Assembly (NCBI RefSeq): GCF_009914755.1
Contig: NC_060927.1
DNA from: the human T2T-CHM13v2.0 reference genome, Homo sapiens
Length of the DNA stretch: 64,000 nucleotides
Direction: 5' to 3' (one strand)
Shown here piece by piece: positions 50,393-64,000 of this stretch (its first letter is position 1; each line of letters opens with the position of its first letter). Under the pieces are notes generated by a model that was not told the DNA's origin, ran no database searches, and saw only the letters and a program-made list of their open reading frames with translations. The translations under genes and the position numbers were made by a program.

Positions 50393-52455
50393 TATCATTT
50401 CATTTAAATCAGAGGCTCCATAGTACTAGAAGAAGTCTTTCTTTGGCATGTTTATAGAAAAAATTCCCCCCACACTAAACCCAGGTGGAATGCTGATGCC
50501 TCCTTTGGGCCATGCACTGTTATGAAAGTCTCTGACTGTACACACAATGGGATATTGCTCTTCTCAGCTCACTTTTCTCTATTAGACTGTCAGCTATGTG
50601 AGGAACCACTGTGATGTGACGTGGAAGCAAGGCTGGCTGGGATGGCTCCTCCTTGTGCAGGAGTATCCCATGCACTGGAAGGCATTCAGTGACCTTGGGC
50701 TCTGCCTGATAAATGCAGTAGTGCCCCAGTCATTAGGACAACCACAACAGAAAGCACCTCCATACATTTCTAAATGCTGCTAGGTGGGGTAGTAGCTGCC
50801 CTCATTCAGAAACCACTGGTGCAAGCTGGGAAAGGGTCTTATTCATATTTGTTTCCCCAGTGGCTGGCACATAGCAGGCAATCAATAAATGTTTATTGAA
50901 CTGACCAATAAATGACTATTTGTCTTAACGGTGAATACAGAAAGTGGTTCATCCATTCCCAAAACACAGTCTTGTTCATTAGAAAATTACGTATTGAGTT
51001 CGCACTATGCATCAGGCAGGGAACTAAGCACTCAGAACACTGACAAGACTGAGACGATCTCTGTCTAAGCGAGTCCTAGAGGACAATGGGGAAGTCAGAA
51101 GAGGAATCTGAACAAGAAATGTAAAGGAGCAGGCACTGCCACAGGGGTTCCAATAGAGACAGGTGAGTGAGGATGGGGGGATTAAGGGATGCCTCCCTGA
51201 GCACATGACTTTCAGCAGAGACCTGAAGGCTGAGTACGGGAGAATCAGGTGATGATGGGGGTACATGATAGCAATCCAAGGCACAGGGAGCCTTGAGGAC
51301 AATGCTTGTGGCAAGAAGGATCCCATATTTGTAGAACATAAGGGAAAAGGGCAAGGGGGATGCTTGATGGTTGAGGGACCAGAAAAGCCCAGCAGCGAGG
51401 CTGCTGTAGAGTTCTAGGGTACAAAGAAAGAGCTTGAGGCAGGGCTGTGGGAATATCTACATAACTAAGCTGAAGGAGTGTTCCTGTTCCTCAGTCCTCG
51501 GGAACCATGGGGACTTCACACACAGAATGGGGTAAGAGGTTGGTGGGCAAAAGTGCCACCCTCAAAGCAAGCTTCTCTTGTGGCCTCTGGGAGGGCTCCC
51601 CAACTATGCAGTGGCAGGCTCCTCACTCAGGGGGTGGGGGTCTGAATGCCTCATGTCCCTCTACATCCCATTCCAAAAAGGAGGCAGGAGGCCCGAGCGA
51701 CACAAGTTCTGTTTCAATGCCACTCGAGCCAGAGGCTAGGTGACTGGTCTCCTGCTTTCTTTCATCTTTCCCTTTGACTGAGAGATTAAGGGGCATCCTT
51801 CAGTGTTGGCCTCAAGCAGGAGGAGATGGCAGGAAACACATAGAGGTGGTGGAAGCATGAATTGGAGGAAGTAGCCATTGTCCCCCTCATAGTCCAAGGC
51901 TGACCAGCAGGCTGCTTAACTCTCTGCAGCTGCCTTCATGACTATGAATGGCTTTTTGGCATCACAAAGGGCTAAAAATCGTAGTAGCTAAATATATCCA
52001 CCACTAAGGCACCTATTCAGCGTCTATTCTTTGGCTTCAGCAAACTCATTTCACTCCTGGGGGTGTAGGAGGGGGAAGTAAACAAAGCAAAACTTTCTCA
52101 TTTCCCTCATCTGTTATTTTATCAAATTAAAGTCTCCTTGCTCAAAGAAAAGAGGAGGGATGCTATCTATATTGTCTGAAGAAGTACAAAAAAAAAAAAA
52201 AAAAAAGAGCGTCATGGTGTGAGACTTTGTCTTGTACCCATTTTTACTAGTTAATCAACTGAGCAGACATTGGAAATTCCTGCCAGATCAAATTTTAGAA
52301 GTTATCTGTCTAGATGTAAAAGCATCCAAATGGGAGGATGGTTCCAAGGAAGTCCAGTGGATCAGGGGGAAAGGGCTTGCCACCTTCTTTAAGGGAGAAA
52401 TGGTATCAATCTTGTGACTGACCTCCCACCTCCAGAATTTGTCACCTTTTATTTA

Positions 52456-52625
52456 TACTTAACCTACATGTACTTCAACAATGACAAAAATAAAATAGTT
52501 AAAAATTGGTCTATATAGCACCATTTTTTTTCTATACTTATTAAGTCTACTTAACCTACATGTACTTCAACAATGACAACAAAAAAAGTCATAAATTGGT
52601 CTATATAGCACCATTATTTTTTCTA
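52456..52625 (+). repeat. ~78-bp duplication with 13-bp spacer
   Basis: TACTTAACCTACATGTACTTCAACAATGACAA...AAATTGGTCTATATAGCACCATT...TCTA at 52456-52534 and 52548-52625. Confidence 0.93.
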
Positions 52626-52901
52626 AATAAATAAAGGCAGCTTTGCTTATATCATCAGTTGATTCTCACAATATATATTTTCCCAAGAACAAGTAGGAGA
52701 AAGTTATTTTGGCCCCATTTCATGGATAAAGAAACTGAGGCACAGAGAAGCAGGATGATTTGCTAAAGAAAAGCATTTATGGCAGCATTTTTAAAATGGT
52801 GGAGTTGCTAATTTTTCAGTCCTTTAATTAAGAGACAAAAGAATGAATTTCTTTTGTTTTTATAATTTGGTTTGGGCCTCAGACTAAAATTTATAAGGTA
52901 T

Positions 52902-53255
52902 TGTCTTAGACAGTTCAGGATGCTATAACAAAAGTCCCACAGGACTGAGCGGCCTAAACAACAGAAATTTATTTCTCACAGCTCTAGAGGCTGGGAAGTA
53001 CAAGATCAAGGTGCTGGTCAATTTGTTTTCTGGTAACAGCCCTCTTCCTGGTTTGGAGGTGGCTGTTTTCTCCCAAGACAGAGAGAGTTCTGGTCTTTTC
53101 AGCCCCTTATAAAGGCACTGATCCTACCATGGGGACCCCCAGGCCCACGGCCTTATCCAAGCCCAATTACCTCCCCAAAGCTCCACCAAATACCATCACA
53201 TTGGTGTATAGTTTCAAATACGGATCTTGGGAAGACAAAACTTTCAGTCCATAGC
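52902..53255 (-). mobile_element. MLT1A/C-like MaLR LTR
   Basis: TGTCTTAG...GCTATAACAAAA...CAACAGAAATTTATTTCTCACAGCTCTAGAGGCTGGGAAG...TCAGTCCATAGC. Confidence 0.85.
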
Positions 53256-53359
53256 GGGCATGGATGGTTCTAGGATGTGTTTTATTACTCTAGGAACTTA
53301 ACATGACAAAAAGTCCACCCTTTGGGTTTACCCAATTTAATTAAGAATAAAACAATGAT

Positions 53360-54056
53360 CTAAAATGTCAGGAAATAACAGATGCTAGTGATGCTGTGGA
53401 GGAATAGGAACACTTTTATACTGTTGGTGGGAGTGTAAATTAGTTCAACTATTGTGGAAGACCGCGTGGCAATTCCTCAAGGATCTAGAACCAGAAATAC
53501 CATTTGACCCAGCAATCCCATTACTGGGTATATACCCAAAGGATTATAAATCATTCTACTATAAAGACACATGCACACATATGTTTATTGCAGTATGATT
53601 TACATAGCAAAGATTTGGGATCAACCCAAATGCCCATCAGTGATAGACTGGATAAAGAAATTGTGGCAGATAAACACCATGGAATACTATGCAGTCATAA
53701 AAAAGAGTGAGTCCATGTCCTTCACAGGACATGGATGAAGCTGGAAGCCATCATTCTCAGCAAACTAACACAGAAACAGAAAACCAAACACCCGCCTGTT
53801 CTCACTCATAAGTGGTAGTTGAACAATGAGAACACCTGGACACGGGGAGGAGAACATCACACACCGGGGCTTGTCGGGGGTGGAGGGCAAGGGGAGGGAG
53901 AACATTAGGACAAATACCTAATGTATGCAGGGCTTAAAACCTAGATGACGGGTTGATAGGTGCAGCAAACCGCCATGGCACATGTATACCTATGTTAACA
54001 AACCTGCACGTTCTGCACATGTATCCCAGAACTTAAAGTAAAATTTTTTAAAAAAA
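53360..54056 (+). mobile_element. 5'-truncated L1PA7/8-like element
   Basis: ORF2 end and 3'UTR (GCTTAAAACCTAGATGACGGGTTGATAGG...ATCCCAGAACTTAAAGTAAAA). Near-TSD AAGAATAAAA..ATGA. Confidence 0.9.
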
Positions 54057-55085
54057 GAATAAAAAGATGAGAAAAAAAGAAAATCTATAATGAACAGTTA
54101 TTTTTTTTATGGTAGATAAAAGAGCGGTTACTTGAAATCCAATGGCTCTTCCCTCCTATACAATAAATGGTAGAAGAAAAACAAAAAGATATATGCAAAA
54201 TCTTTACTCTCCAAAGATCAACCATACTACCTAGGTGTACATAGTACTGAACTGCAGTACACTGAGAAACAGAAATTACCAATATCAGTGGCTTGCAAAG
54301 TATTAAAATATCTCAAGGCCGGGTATACTCTGACCATCAAACAAATATGAGCAACAGGTTATAAAAATAAACTATTTTCCCATTATTGCTAAAAATACAG
54401 AATAATTTGGTAGTATTATTGCTAGGAATTTCAACTATTTGGCCCTTAGCAGTAAGAGCAAAAGAAAAGAAAGGAAAAGTCTAGCATCCCAAAAAAGGGA
54501 CATGAAAGTATATCTTGTATCTTGCTATCCTAAAATTAACTTTTTAGGATAGGAACATACTGTTCTCAACTACAAAATGAATTGTATACAAGAAGAGCAA
54601 GCAGCAGGAAGCAGCATGCTACAAGCCTTGAAACCTATGGCTATTTTACACAGTGGAGAAAATAGTTATGTATTCCTCAGACTAAGAGTTCAGGGAGCTT
54701 TAAGCAGTATTTGATAGGAAAGAAGAGAAGAACTGCATGCTTTGGTCTTGAGTCAATAACAGAGAAAGAAAAGAGGGGTTTTACTTCTGAAGGGACTAGC
54801 ATCAGAGAAATTTAAGGTAGACTTCCTCACCCTAAAACAGTTCCATTTTCTCAGTCTGGTGGGTTTATAGATAATTTTGGTTTATTCTTTGTATGTTTAT
54901 ATATTTTGGCAGAAAATGTTGGTTGTCTGTCCACCACCTATTCCCCTCTTTTTCAAATAATCTTATTTTGCCAGTGTCCTTTTTCTATGTTGCTGATATG
55001 AACTATTGATCTAAGGGAAGGCACAACACCCAACTCTGGCAGCAAGATATAAAGTGAAGCTTTCCAAAGAGTTACAGAAAACAGG

Positions 55086-55379
55086 GGCTGGGTGTGGTGG
55101 CTCATGCCTGTAATCCCAGCACTCTGGGAGGCCGAGGTGGGTGGATTGCTTGAGGTCGAGTTCTAGACCAGCCTGGCCAACATGGTGAAACCCCTTCTCC
55201 ACTAAAAATCCAAAATTTAGCCAGGCATAGTGGCACACACCTGTAATCCCAATTACTTGGCAGGGTGAGGCAGGAGAATCGTTTGAACCCAAGAGCAGGA
55301 GGCTGCAGTGAGCTGTGATGGCATCACTGCACTTTAGCCTGGGTGACAGAGTGAGACTCTGTCTCATAAAAAAAAAAAA
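55086..55379 (+). mobile_element. Alu
   Basis: Full dimer, near-TSD GA(G/A)TTA(C/T)AGAAAACA. Confidence 0.93.
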
Positions 55380-55437
55380 GAATTATAGAAAACATATCCC
55401 TCTTTGAAGGGAAGAAACATCACAAGAATTTTGTCAG

Positions 55438-56770
55438 CACATGAAAAGATGCTGAACATTATTAATTAGTCATTGAAGAAATGCAAATCAAAACCACAAT
55501 GATATACTACTTCACATCCATTAGAATGGCTATAATTAGAAAGATGAATAATAACAAATGTTGGCAAAAATGTGGAAGAATTGCCATCTTCATACATTAC
55601 TAGTGGGAATGTAAAATGTGGAAAAGACTGGAGTTCCTCAAAAAGTTAAAAATAGAATTACCATGTGATCCAGCAATTCCATTCCTAAGTATGTGCCCCA
55701 CAAAAGTGAAAACAGGCATTTTAAAAAACCTGTACACAAATGTTCATGGTAGCATTATTCATAATAGCCAAATGGTGGGAATTACCCATACGTTTATCAG
55801 CTGATAAACAGATTTTTAAAATGTGATATATCCATATAATGGAATGTTAGCAATAAAAAGGAGTGAGGTATATACTCAAGGGAATTGAAAACGTATGTTC
55901 ACACACACAAATTTGGACATGAATGTTCACAGAAGCATTCTTCATAATAGCTAAAAAGTAGAAACAACTCAAGTGTCCATCACTTGATGAGTGGATATAC
56001 AAAATGTAGTATACGTATATGACGGAATACTACTCAGCCATAAAAAGGAATGAAATACTGGTACGTACTACAACATGGATGAATACTGAAAACATAATGT
56101 CAAGTAAAAGAAGCCAAACAAAAAGGCCACATATCCACAGAGACAGAAAATAAGTTGGTGGTTGCCAGGGAGTTGGGGCGTGAGGTGTCGTGAATAGGGT
56201 ATGACTATTAATGGGTATGAAATTTCTTTTTGAGGTGATGAAATGATCTGAAATTAGATAATGGGGATAGTTGTGCAACTTTGTGATTATACTAAAAACC
56301 AATGAATTGTACACTTTAAAAGAGTGAATTTTATGGTATGTGAATAAAAATCAATCGATTAATAATGAAATAAGCAATTGACAAAAAATAGATAACTTTA
56401 AAAAAAGAAATGAAATCTATGCCAAGACATGGATGAATCTCAAAAACACTGTTAAGTGAAAGAAGCCAATCATAAAGGACCACATATAATATTGATCCCA
56501 TTTATATGAAATGTCTAGATTAGGCAAATCTATATAGATAGAAATTAGATTAGTAGTTGCCTAGGGCTGAGGGAATTAGGGAGAAATGGGGAATGACTGC
56601 TAATTAGTACAGGGTTTTTTTTGGGACAATGAAAATGTTCTAAAATTAGATTATAGTAACGGTTGCACCACTCTGTAAATACACAGAAATCCATTGAGTT
56701 GTACATTTTACATAGGTGAACTATATGGCATGTGAATTATATCCCAATAAAGCTGTTACCAAAAAAAGAG
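55438..56770 (+). mobile_element. Nested L1MB-type 3' fragments
   Basis: Two 3' ends (...GTATGTGAATAAA ~56348; ...CCCAATAAAGCTGTT ~56758). The inner element ~55870-56350 splits the outer one. Confidence 0.8.
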
Positions 56771-57111
56771 AGGTAAAACCACAGAAAACATCTTAACTTG
56801 TACCTGTATTTGCTGAATATTCCACAATGAGTGTGTAATACTTATATCTTCAGAAAGAAGGTGTTCAAATTTCTCTTGATTTGGAAAAAAATCCTATTTT
56901 ATAAAACAAGGTAAAAATCAGAGCAGAAAAAAATACTGTACATGAGCTCAGTTATAAAACTGAGTGCATGCATGTAAGGGAAAAAACCTAGAGGAAAATA
57001 TACTAAATTATTGACAGTACTGATTTCTGAGTTCTGATCATTGGATGATTTTAATTTATTGTGGTGGAGGAGGTTTTTCTTTCTGTTTTTCTGTATTAGC
57101 ACATACTACTT

Positions 57112-57377
57112 CTTTATTCTTTTGTTTTATTTTTTAATTGACACATAATAATTACATATTTATGGGATACATAGTGATGTTTCAATACTTACAATGTGTA
57201 GTGATCAGATGAGGGTGATTAGCATATCCATCATGTAAAACATTTATCGTTTCTTTGTGCTGGGAATATTCAATATCCTCCTTTTAGATGATTGAAACTA
57301 TATATTATTGTTAATTACAGTCATCCTACAGTGCTATAGAACACCAGAATGCATTGCTCTTATCTAGCTATAATTTT
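57112..57377 (-). mobile_element. 5'-truncated L1MA 3' end
   Basis: Same family as 1586-1814. TSD GCACATACTACTT at 57099-57111 and 57378-57390. Confidence 0.85.
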
Positions 57378-58767
57378 GCACATACTACTTTTTGATTTCT
57401 AATTGGAAATGCACATGCAATCATACAAAAGCTTACTCAGCAATGAAATGTAAGCCTCCCTCACATCCTTGTTCCCCAGCTCCTTATTTCCAGGGCTGCC
57501 ATGTAAGATTGTTCAAGATGCCAGTTGCACAAGGCACCTGGCTAAGGCAGTGAGTGGGGGCTGTAATCTAGCCAGGGCTCTGCTGGATAAGCCATAACTC
57601 ATGGCTTTGAGAAAAAGAGTCCTTTTCATCTTAACCCCACAGGAAAGCGTTATGCAACCAAGTAGCCATTCTGCCCTTTTCCCCTGCCCAAAGATACAAA
57701 CTTCCTAGTTTCTTGTGTATCCATCCTGACATAGTCTATGATATCCAAACATATACTGCATACTGTAACATATATATATATAAGCTATTTTAAAAGAGTA
57801 AAGAAATGGCAATACAATGACAGCAAAAGGCAATGCAGTATAATCAGAATTCTAGTATTTCTACAGAAGTCATTCAAGGCACCATGGTAAAATTGGATTT
57901 AAAGAAAGAAAAAAAAATACTTGGAACAAATAAATCTTAAGGGAAGAAGCCCAAATGCAATAATTGTTGAATTTTTTCCACCCGAGCTGTCCTCAATCCA
58001 CATGAATTGTTTATACAGCAAATGAAATTGGTTGTATCCATTGCCAAGGGGATTCCTATTTGGTACTTCGTTCATGGCCCTCCCCACAGCTTAGAAGAGT
58101 GTGGAAGCTTGTTTGTGGTCCAGTTTCTACTGCAGAAAGCTTTAGGGTTTTAATCCGCTGAGAAATCTGAGAATGGGTGTCCCCAGGTGAAACCCAGCCC
58201 TTCCATTTCATTCACTCTTATGTCCTTCCGAACAAGAACTGCTTCGACAGGCAATCCTAGGCCACTGTCTCAATTTGTATCCCAACATCTCTATATTCAT
58301 TCTATCTGCGGTGAAGTCTCAACTTGTTCAGAGAAAATGATGGTTAAATTAGTAAACAAGTCACATTATGAGATCTGACTGTAAGGATTGCTCTGTCACT
58401 CTGCATAACTTTTGTCTGTGTTCCTGTTTTATGTTTTGCCTCATTACAGAGAGCCATACTGGTCTTCTTTTGGGTTCTAATGCTTTTCCCTCAGGCTCTT
58501 TATATTTGTGGCTCTTTAAGTCCTCAACACTCTTCTCCATCCTGAGATTGAATCCAGTGAACTCCCATTTATCTTTCAAGCCTTAGCTTTAATGTTGATC
58601 CCTCAAAGCAGGTGAGTGCCCCATCACTGCCGCTTAAACTTCCCTTCTCATTACATCCACCATATTTAAAATTACCTGCTAAGGCTTGATTTTGACACCA
58701 GACCATAAGCTCCATGGGTGCAGGGACCATGCCTGTCTTGTGACCCTTATATTGTCATTGCTTAGTA

Positions 58768-58848
58768 TTAGGTTGGTACAAAAGTAATTGCAGATTTTGC
58801 CACTGAAAGTAATGAGCTCAGTTGTTAGTTACTTTTGCCCCAACCCAA
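58768..58848. mobile_element. MADE1 (mariner MITE) inserted in an L2 end
   Basis: TTAGGTTGGTACAAAAGTAA...TTACTTTTGCCCCAACCCAA with TA duplication (58766-67, 58849-50). Confidence 0.9.
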
Positions 58849-58864
58849 TACGATACCTGGCTCA

Positions 58865-59257
<393 letters not shown>

Positions 59258-60404
59258 GTGTACCATTTAGAAGAAAATTTAGAATTGATTGAGAGCCAAG
59301 AATAATAAGGCTTAGAAACTACTCCTTAGGTCTGGAAGCATTTTCCAAGGAAGAAGCCTGGAGGAAACTGAGGCTGGTACTGGGTTAAAACTAACTACTG
59401 GATGAAAAAACAAACAAGACAAACACCACTGGGGTGCAATGGTTGAGACCCAGGAAGGCAATCCAAGAAGGCTTTGGTGTGAGATATTTCTGTATGCTGA
59501 GAAAGAAGGTGGTGGGCAAGGTCTCTGGATGTGACCTACCTTACTCTTAATGACTTACCTTACTCTTAATTTGCCCTGATTCAAATAAATCTTGACAGTA
59601 GGATCAAGGATTATCTGAGACATATTTGGTCCTCCTAAGTGGCTTAGTTCTCTAAAGCCCCTTTCAAGAGTGCTTTGGGGCATTCAGAAACTAGCTCTGC
59701 TTCTATTACACTGAGTTATGCTAAGAGCAGGATAAGATGATGTGAACTTATTTGCCTTGTGGATTTGTTCCCTGTTCGTATTTCTAAAATAGAATACTTA
59801 AGTCTGTTAACTGATTAACTACAGGAGTACAGAGAATGTCAATGGTTACCGGCATTCTTTACTTCCATTTTGAATGCCCTTTTCCATACACACTACTATA
59901 TGGTTTTAGAGAAGATAAATAATTAAAATAAATAATTTAAGATACACAGCATAGAAATATATAAAATGCAAACATTATGTTTACATCATAAAGCACAGTT
60001 ACATAAACAATAGATTATGTTCAGGCTGAAGAAGAATTTTTAAAATGCACAATCACTGAAATATGGTTGTGATGAAAGTAGAACATCCAAATTAATTTCC
60101 TTCCATAGCAATGGAAATATATGGAGGAAGACCCTCTTCAACTATTCCATCCAAGTAAACTACATGGGACAGAGGAGGGATATCAGGGGCTTGGGGGTTG
60201 TCCCAAAGCAATTTTAGCAATCAGAAATTGAATTTACCTATTTTATCTTAAAGATTCCTGAAGTTTTTTTATTCTTCTTCATAATATATCTTTGGTTTTC
60301 TTTCTAAAAATTCAATAAGTAAAACTGTTGTTCCAGGAAGATGTGCAATGTTTATTTTGGGTTTCCTATAATCTCTCAGGACATCTCTCAGGAGAAGAGT
60401 GTAT

Positions 60405-60708
60405 CTTTCTTCCTGTCTTTCTTTTCTGAGTCAGGGTCTCACTCTGCCACCCGGGCTGAAGTGCAGTGGTGCCACCACTGTTCACTACAGCTTTGACGTC
60501 CTGGGCTCAAGTGATTCTCCAACCTCAGCCTCCTGATTAGCTGGGACCACACGTGTGCACCACCACACCCCAAAATTTTTATATTTTTTGTAGAGATGGG
60601 GTTTTGCCTTGTTGCCCAAGCTGGTCTCAAACTCCTGGACTCAAGCGATCTGCCTGCCTCGGCCTCCCAAAGTGCTGAGACTACAAAGCATTAGCCACCG
60701 TGCCTGGC
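60405..60708 (-). mobile_element. AluJ
   Basis: Dimer with degenerate T-rich tail. Confidence 0.9.
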
Positions 60709-62759
60709 CGAGAGCACAAACATCTCAGTGTAAGAAGCACAGGGGTCAACAAGAGGAGATACAACCACTGTAATCTATACAGACTTCAGAAAAACTTTTA
60801 GTTTAGTAAAAATAAAATGTTTTTCATAATAAATGATTAAATGCAGTAGCCTGTGCGTAGGCAATTCTTGTGGGATCTTATACAGCCTCCTGTCTCAGCA
60901 TATGTTAATAACACAACTGCAGTGAATTTCCTATTTCTCATGTCTGCCCAACTATTGCAGTCATGGGTGATTATCCAATATCCGTTCTACCCAAAAGGAC
61001 AGGCCTAGGGCAGGTATGGTAATCCCATCCTCCCTGTCAAGTGATTGGTTTAGGAAAGGGCATGTGATCAGCTTTGCCCATTAAGACCAAAGGGGATATC
61101 TACTGAGGGGGCTTCTGGGAAACCTAGCTTAACTCTGGTTGAGCCATCTTGTTGCCACAATGAGGATGAAGCCAATACAGAGAGCTGATTTTTAAACAAG
61201 GCAATTACCAAGATGAGAAACTGGAGCCTTCAAGTATTGTGTGTGAGCTGCCCTACCTCAGGATATCTTAACATAATAGATTTCCTTATGACATATGAAA
61301 TAATATCTTTCCTTATTACCTTATTAACCCAATTAATGTGTGGGTTCTCTCTTACTTTAGGAGATCTTTAATGATATACTTTACACTGGACTGAAAGCTT
61401 TGAGAAGGGGAGGATGTTTTGTTTATCTTTGTATCCCAAAACCTAACACAGTATCTCAGATATAGGAGGTGCGTAATTCATATATGTAGGGCTGAATTGA
61501 ACCAAATATCAAACATAAGATGTACAAAATGAATTTCCCATTGCCTCTAGATCTCGTGGATACCAAATAGCTAAATAAGCAACCCAGATTATAGACAGTA
61601 TGACATGAGGGTAGGTGAGAATTATTGGCATCAGGAGACAGTGCAATAACTGACCTCAATACATTAGTCAGATTGCACATGACAGACAGTAAATCAAAAA
61701 GAATCAGGAATCAATGAGATATACATATGAAAATCACTGGATGGAGAGTGATTGAAAAAGACTCCAGAAGATTATTTTGTTTAAAGGAAGCATAGCCCTG
61801 GAATTTCTGTATTATGGTATTAATCATTCAAACACAGAATACGGCAGAGAAGAGAAACAACATTTTATATCTGGAACATCCAGGAGGATATGCCAGCAGT
61901 AGCTAGATGTTTGGAGGACCCTGAAGATACTGGGTCTGTGTCCACACTAATAAAACAGAAAGGCTAAATCAGATCCCCTCTACTTCATTTGTAAGAACTG
62001 CCTGGATCACAGAGGTGCTTTGAAACTTAGCAAGGGTTCAGGGGCCTCTAATGAACACCCAAATATTCCTCAGAAAAGAAAAAAAATCATTCCTTCCTGA
62101 TATTCCTTAGAAAAGAAGCTATGTGCAGGCATTGACTTATGGGGTTTCACACCCACCAAGCCATGTTAATGTTCTCAACAACTCAGAAGTATTCTCACTG
62201 TCCCCATTTTAAAACTGGCTCAACTGGGCAGTTATTTTCATTAACCAAAGGATTCAATTAATGCTAGATACAAGGAATGCCATGTAACATAGCATTGTAA
62301 CAGAGGCCTTCTGCTAGCAAAACAACAGGGCTCAGTGACAGGGAAATCTCAGTAAGGAAGAAAGGAACCCTTCCCCCTGAAATGAGTGGGGAAGCTAACC
62401 CCATTCCTGCCGTTGCTACTAAACCCTGAGACTATGAAATGTCAGCACTATTCAAACAGTCATAGAAAACTTCACAGAGAGGAGAAACAGGCAAGACAGG
62501 TTTTGGAAGTATAGAAAGCTTAAATATACACCTAACGCAATCAGCTTGAAAATAAAAGAGGCATATGGACATTTGAACCTTACAAGTTCAAGTATACTCC
62601 ACTTATGAAGTATAGTACAGCATTCTCTATCTCTATTCCAAAAGTGTGCATAAGCACGCATGCGTACCCCACTCCCCCCACCTCAACACACACACACACA
62701 GGTCTCTCTTTGCACATTTTATTCTAACCAGAATCAGAGACATGTCTATCCCTAAAATA

Positions 62760-63055
62760 TTATTTTGTTAATTTTAGAGACAGGGTCTCTCTTGTCACCC
62801 GGGCTCTGGAGTGCAGTGGCACAATTATGCTCACAGCCTTGAATTCCTGGGCTCAAGCAATCTTCCTGCCTCAGCCTCTCAAGTAGCTAGGACTATAGGC
62901 ATCCAACACCACACCTGGCTGTTTAAAAAAATGTTTTTGTAGAAACAGGTCTCACTATATTGCCCAGGTTGGCCTTGAGCTCTTGGCTTCAAGTGATCCT
63001 CTTGTCTCAGCCTCCCAAAGCACTGAGATTACAGGCCTGAACCAATGTGCCTGGT
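62760..63055 (-). mobile_element. AluJ
   Basis: Dimer, diverged. Confidence 0.9.
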
Positions 63056-64000
63056 CTCCTAAGAATGTTTTCTTTTGGATTTTCTTGAAGAAAATCGCAA
63101 ATAGAAAATACAGTGTGAGTGTATTTTTGCCCATAAGATTTCTCTCCAATAACAGAATTCAGAAAAAATAAAATTAAATAAATGCACAGGCTTTCTGATC
63201 CAGAGGATTCTTTCATAGTATTACTTTCTTGAATATTAAGGATAGAAAATGTAACTCTGGCTTTGAGATGTGATTATTAGAGTTAGAAGCATCAAATAAT
63301 AACTTCAGCTACTTTTTGTTGATTTGTTTTCATGAAACAGCCATTAATCATTTAATTTTCACAATGACCTATGAAATAAAGTATTATTATGGCCTCTATT
63401 TTACTTTATTATTATTACTTCTATTATGGTAAAGCTGAAACTTAGGTTAAGGGAGTTGATGGGTTAGGTTCAGACTCTGAAGTATCCAGAGGTCAATAAT
63501 CCAGGCAGAACTGTGAGTTTCGTGCTTGGTACTGGGTGGAGTTGGGCATAAATGAAGTAGGTCAAGACAAACAGAAAGCAAGTTCATGTGAGCAGCTTGG
63601 AATGAGGACACCAATCAAGAAGACACTGAGAAGGGTGACAGTCAGATGGTTCAGAACCCCAGACTCCACAGGAATGGAAAGAGGATGCAAGAGATCTTGT
63701 TATACTCAGGTATGGTTACCAGGAGGGCAGGGATCCTGATTGTCTTCCTCACAACTGTGTCCTCAGGGCTTATCACAGTGCTTGCAAATAACAGGCAGGA
63801 ATGAAAGAGATTAAAAACTTGGTCCAATAGCCTAGAAGAGAAATGTGAGGTGCCAACTATACAGGGGCTATAAAGTCTTCATCAGAGCTCTTTGCTCGCG
63901 AATGATGGAAACATAATTATAACTAATTTAAGCAACCTGGAATTTATTGGCTCATATGACAAACTAGGGAATAGGCAGGGTCAAACAGACCTTGTAGATG

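Overview
Primate (almost certainly human) genomic DNA covering the 5' end of FRMD4B on the minus strand. Coding exon 1 (162 nt, MASVFMCGVEDLLFSG...QDVYQ, phase-0 donor) lies at 44687-44848 inside a CpG-island promoter. Positions 1-44686 are intron 1 and the rest is upstream or flanking sequence. The window is repeat-rich: a full-length but inactivated L1PA4/5-like LINE-1 (3781-~9920, antisense to FRMD4B), about 25 Alus, MaLR/ERVL solo LTRs, MER/MADE1 DNA-transposon fossils, L2/MIR and old L1M fragments. Almost all ORFs in the track are repeat-derived or chance. The most interesting observations: (1) a promoter-like, repeat-poor intronic island at ~12.4-12.8 kb ending in a strong minus-strand donor with a 9-codon phase-0 ORF, a candidate alternative first exon of FRMD4B; (2) a tailless U1 snRNA 5'-end retrocopy with a 15-bp TSD, sense in FRMD4B pre-mRNA, between inverted Alus; (3) the L1 antisense promoter and ORF0 pointing into downstream FRMD4B; (4) a twin-primed L1MA whose target site was re-used by an Alu; (5) several apparent templated-repair scars. 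I found no convincing wholly new multi-gene system. Boundaries and subfamily names of old repeats are by eye and approximate.
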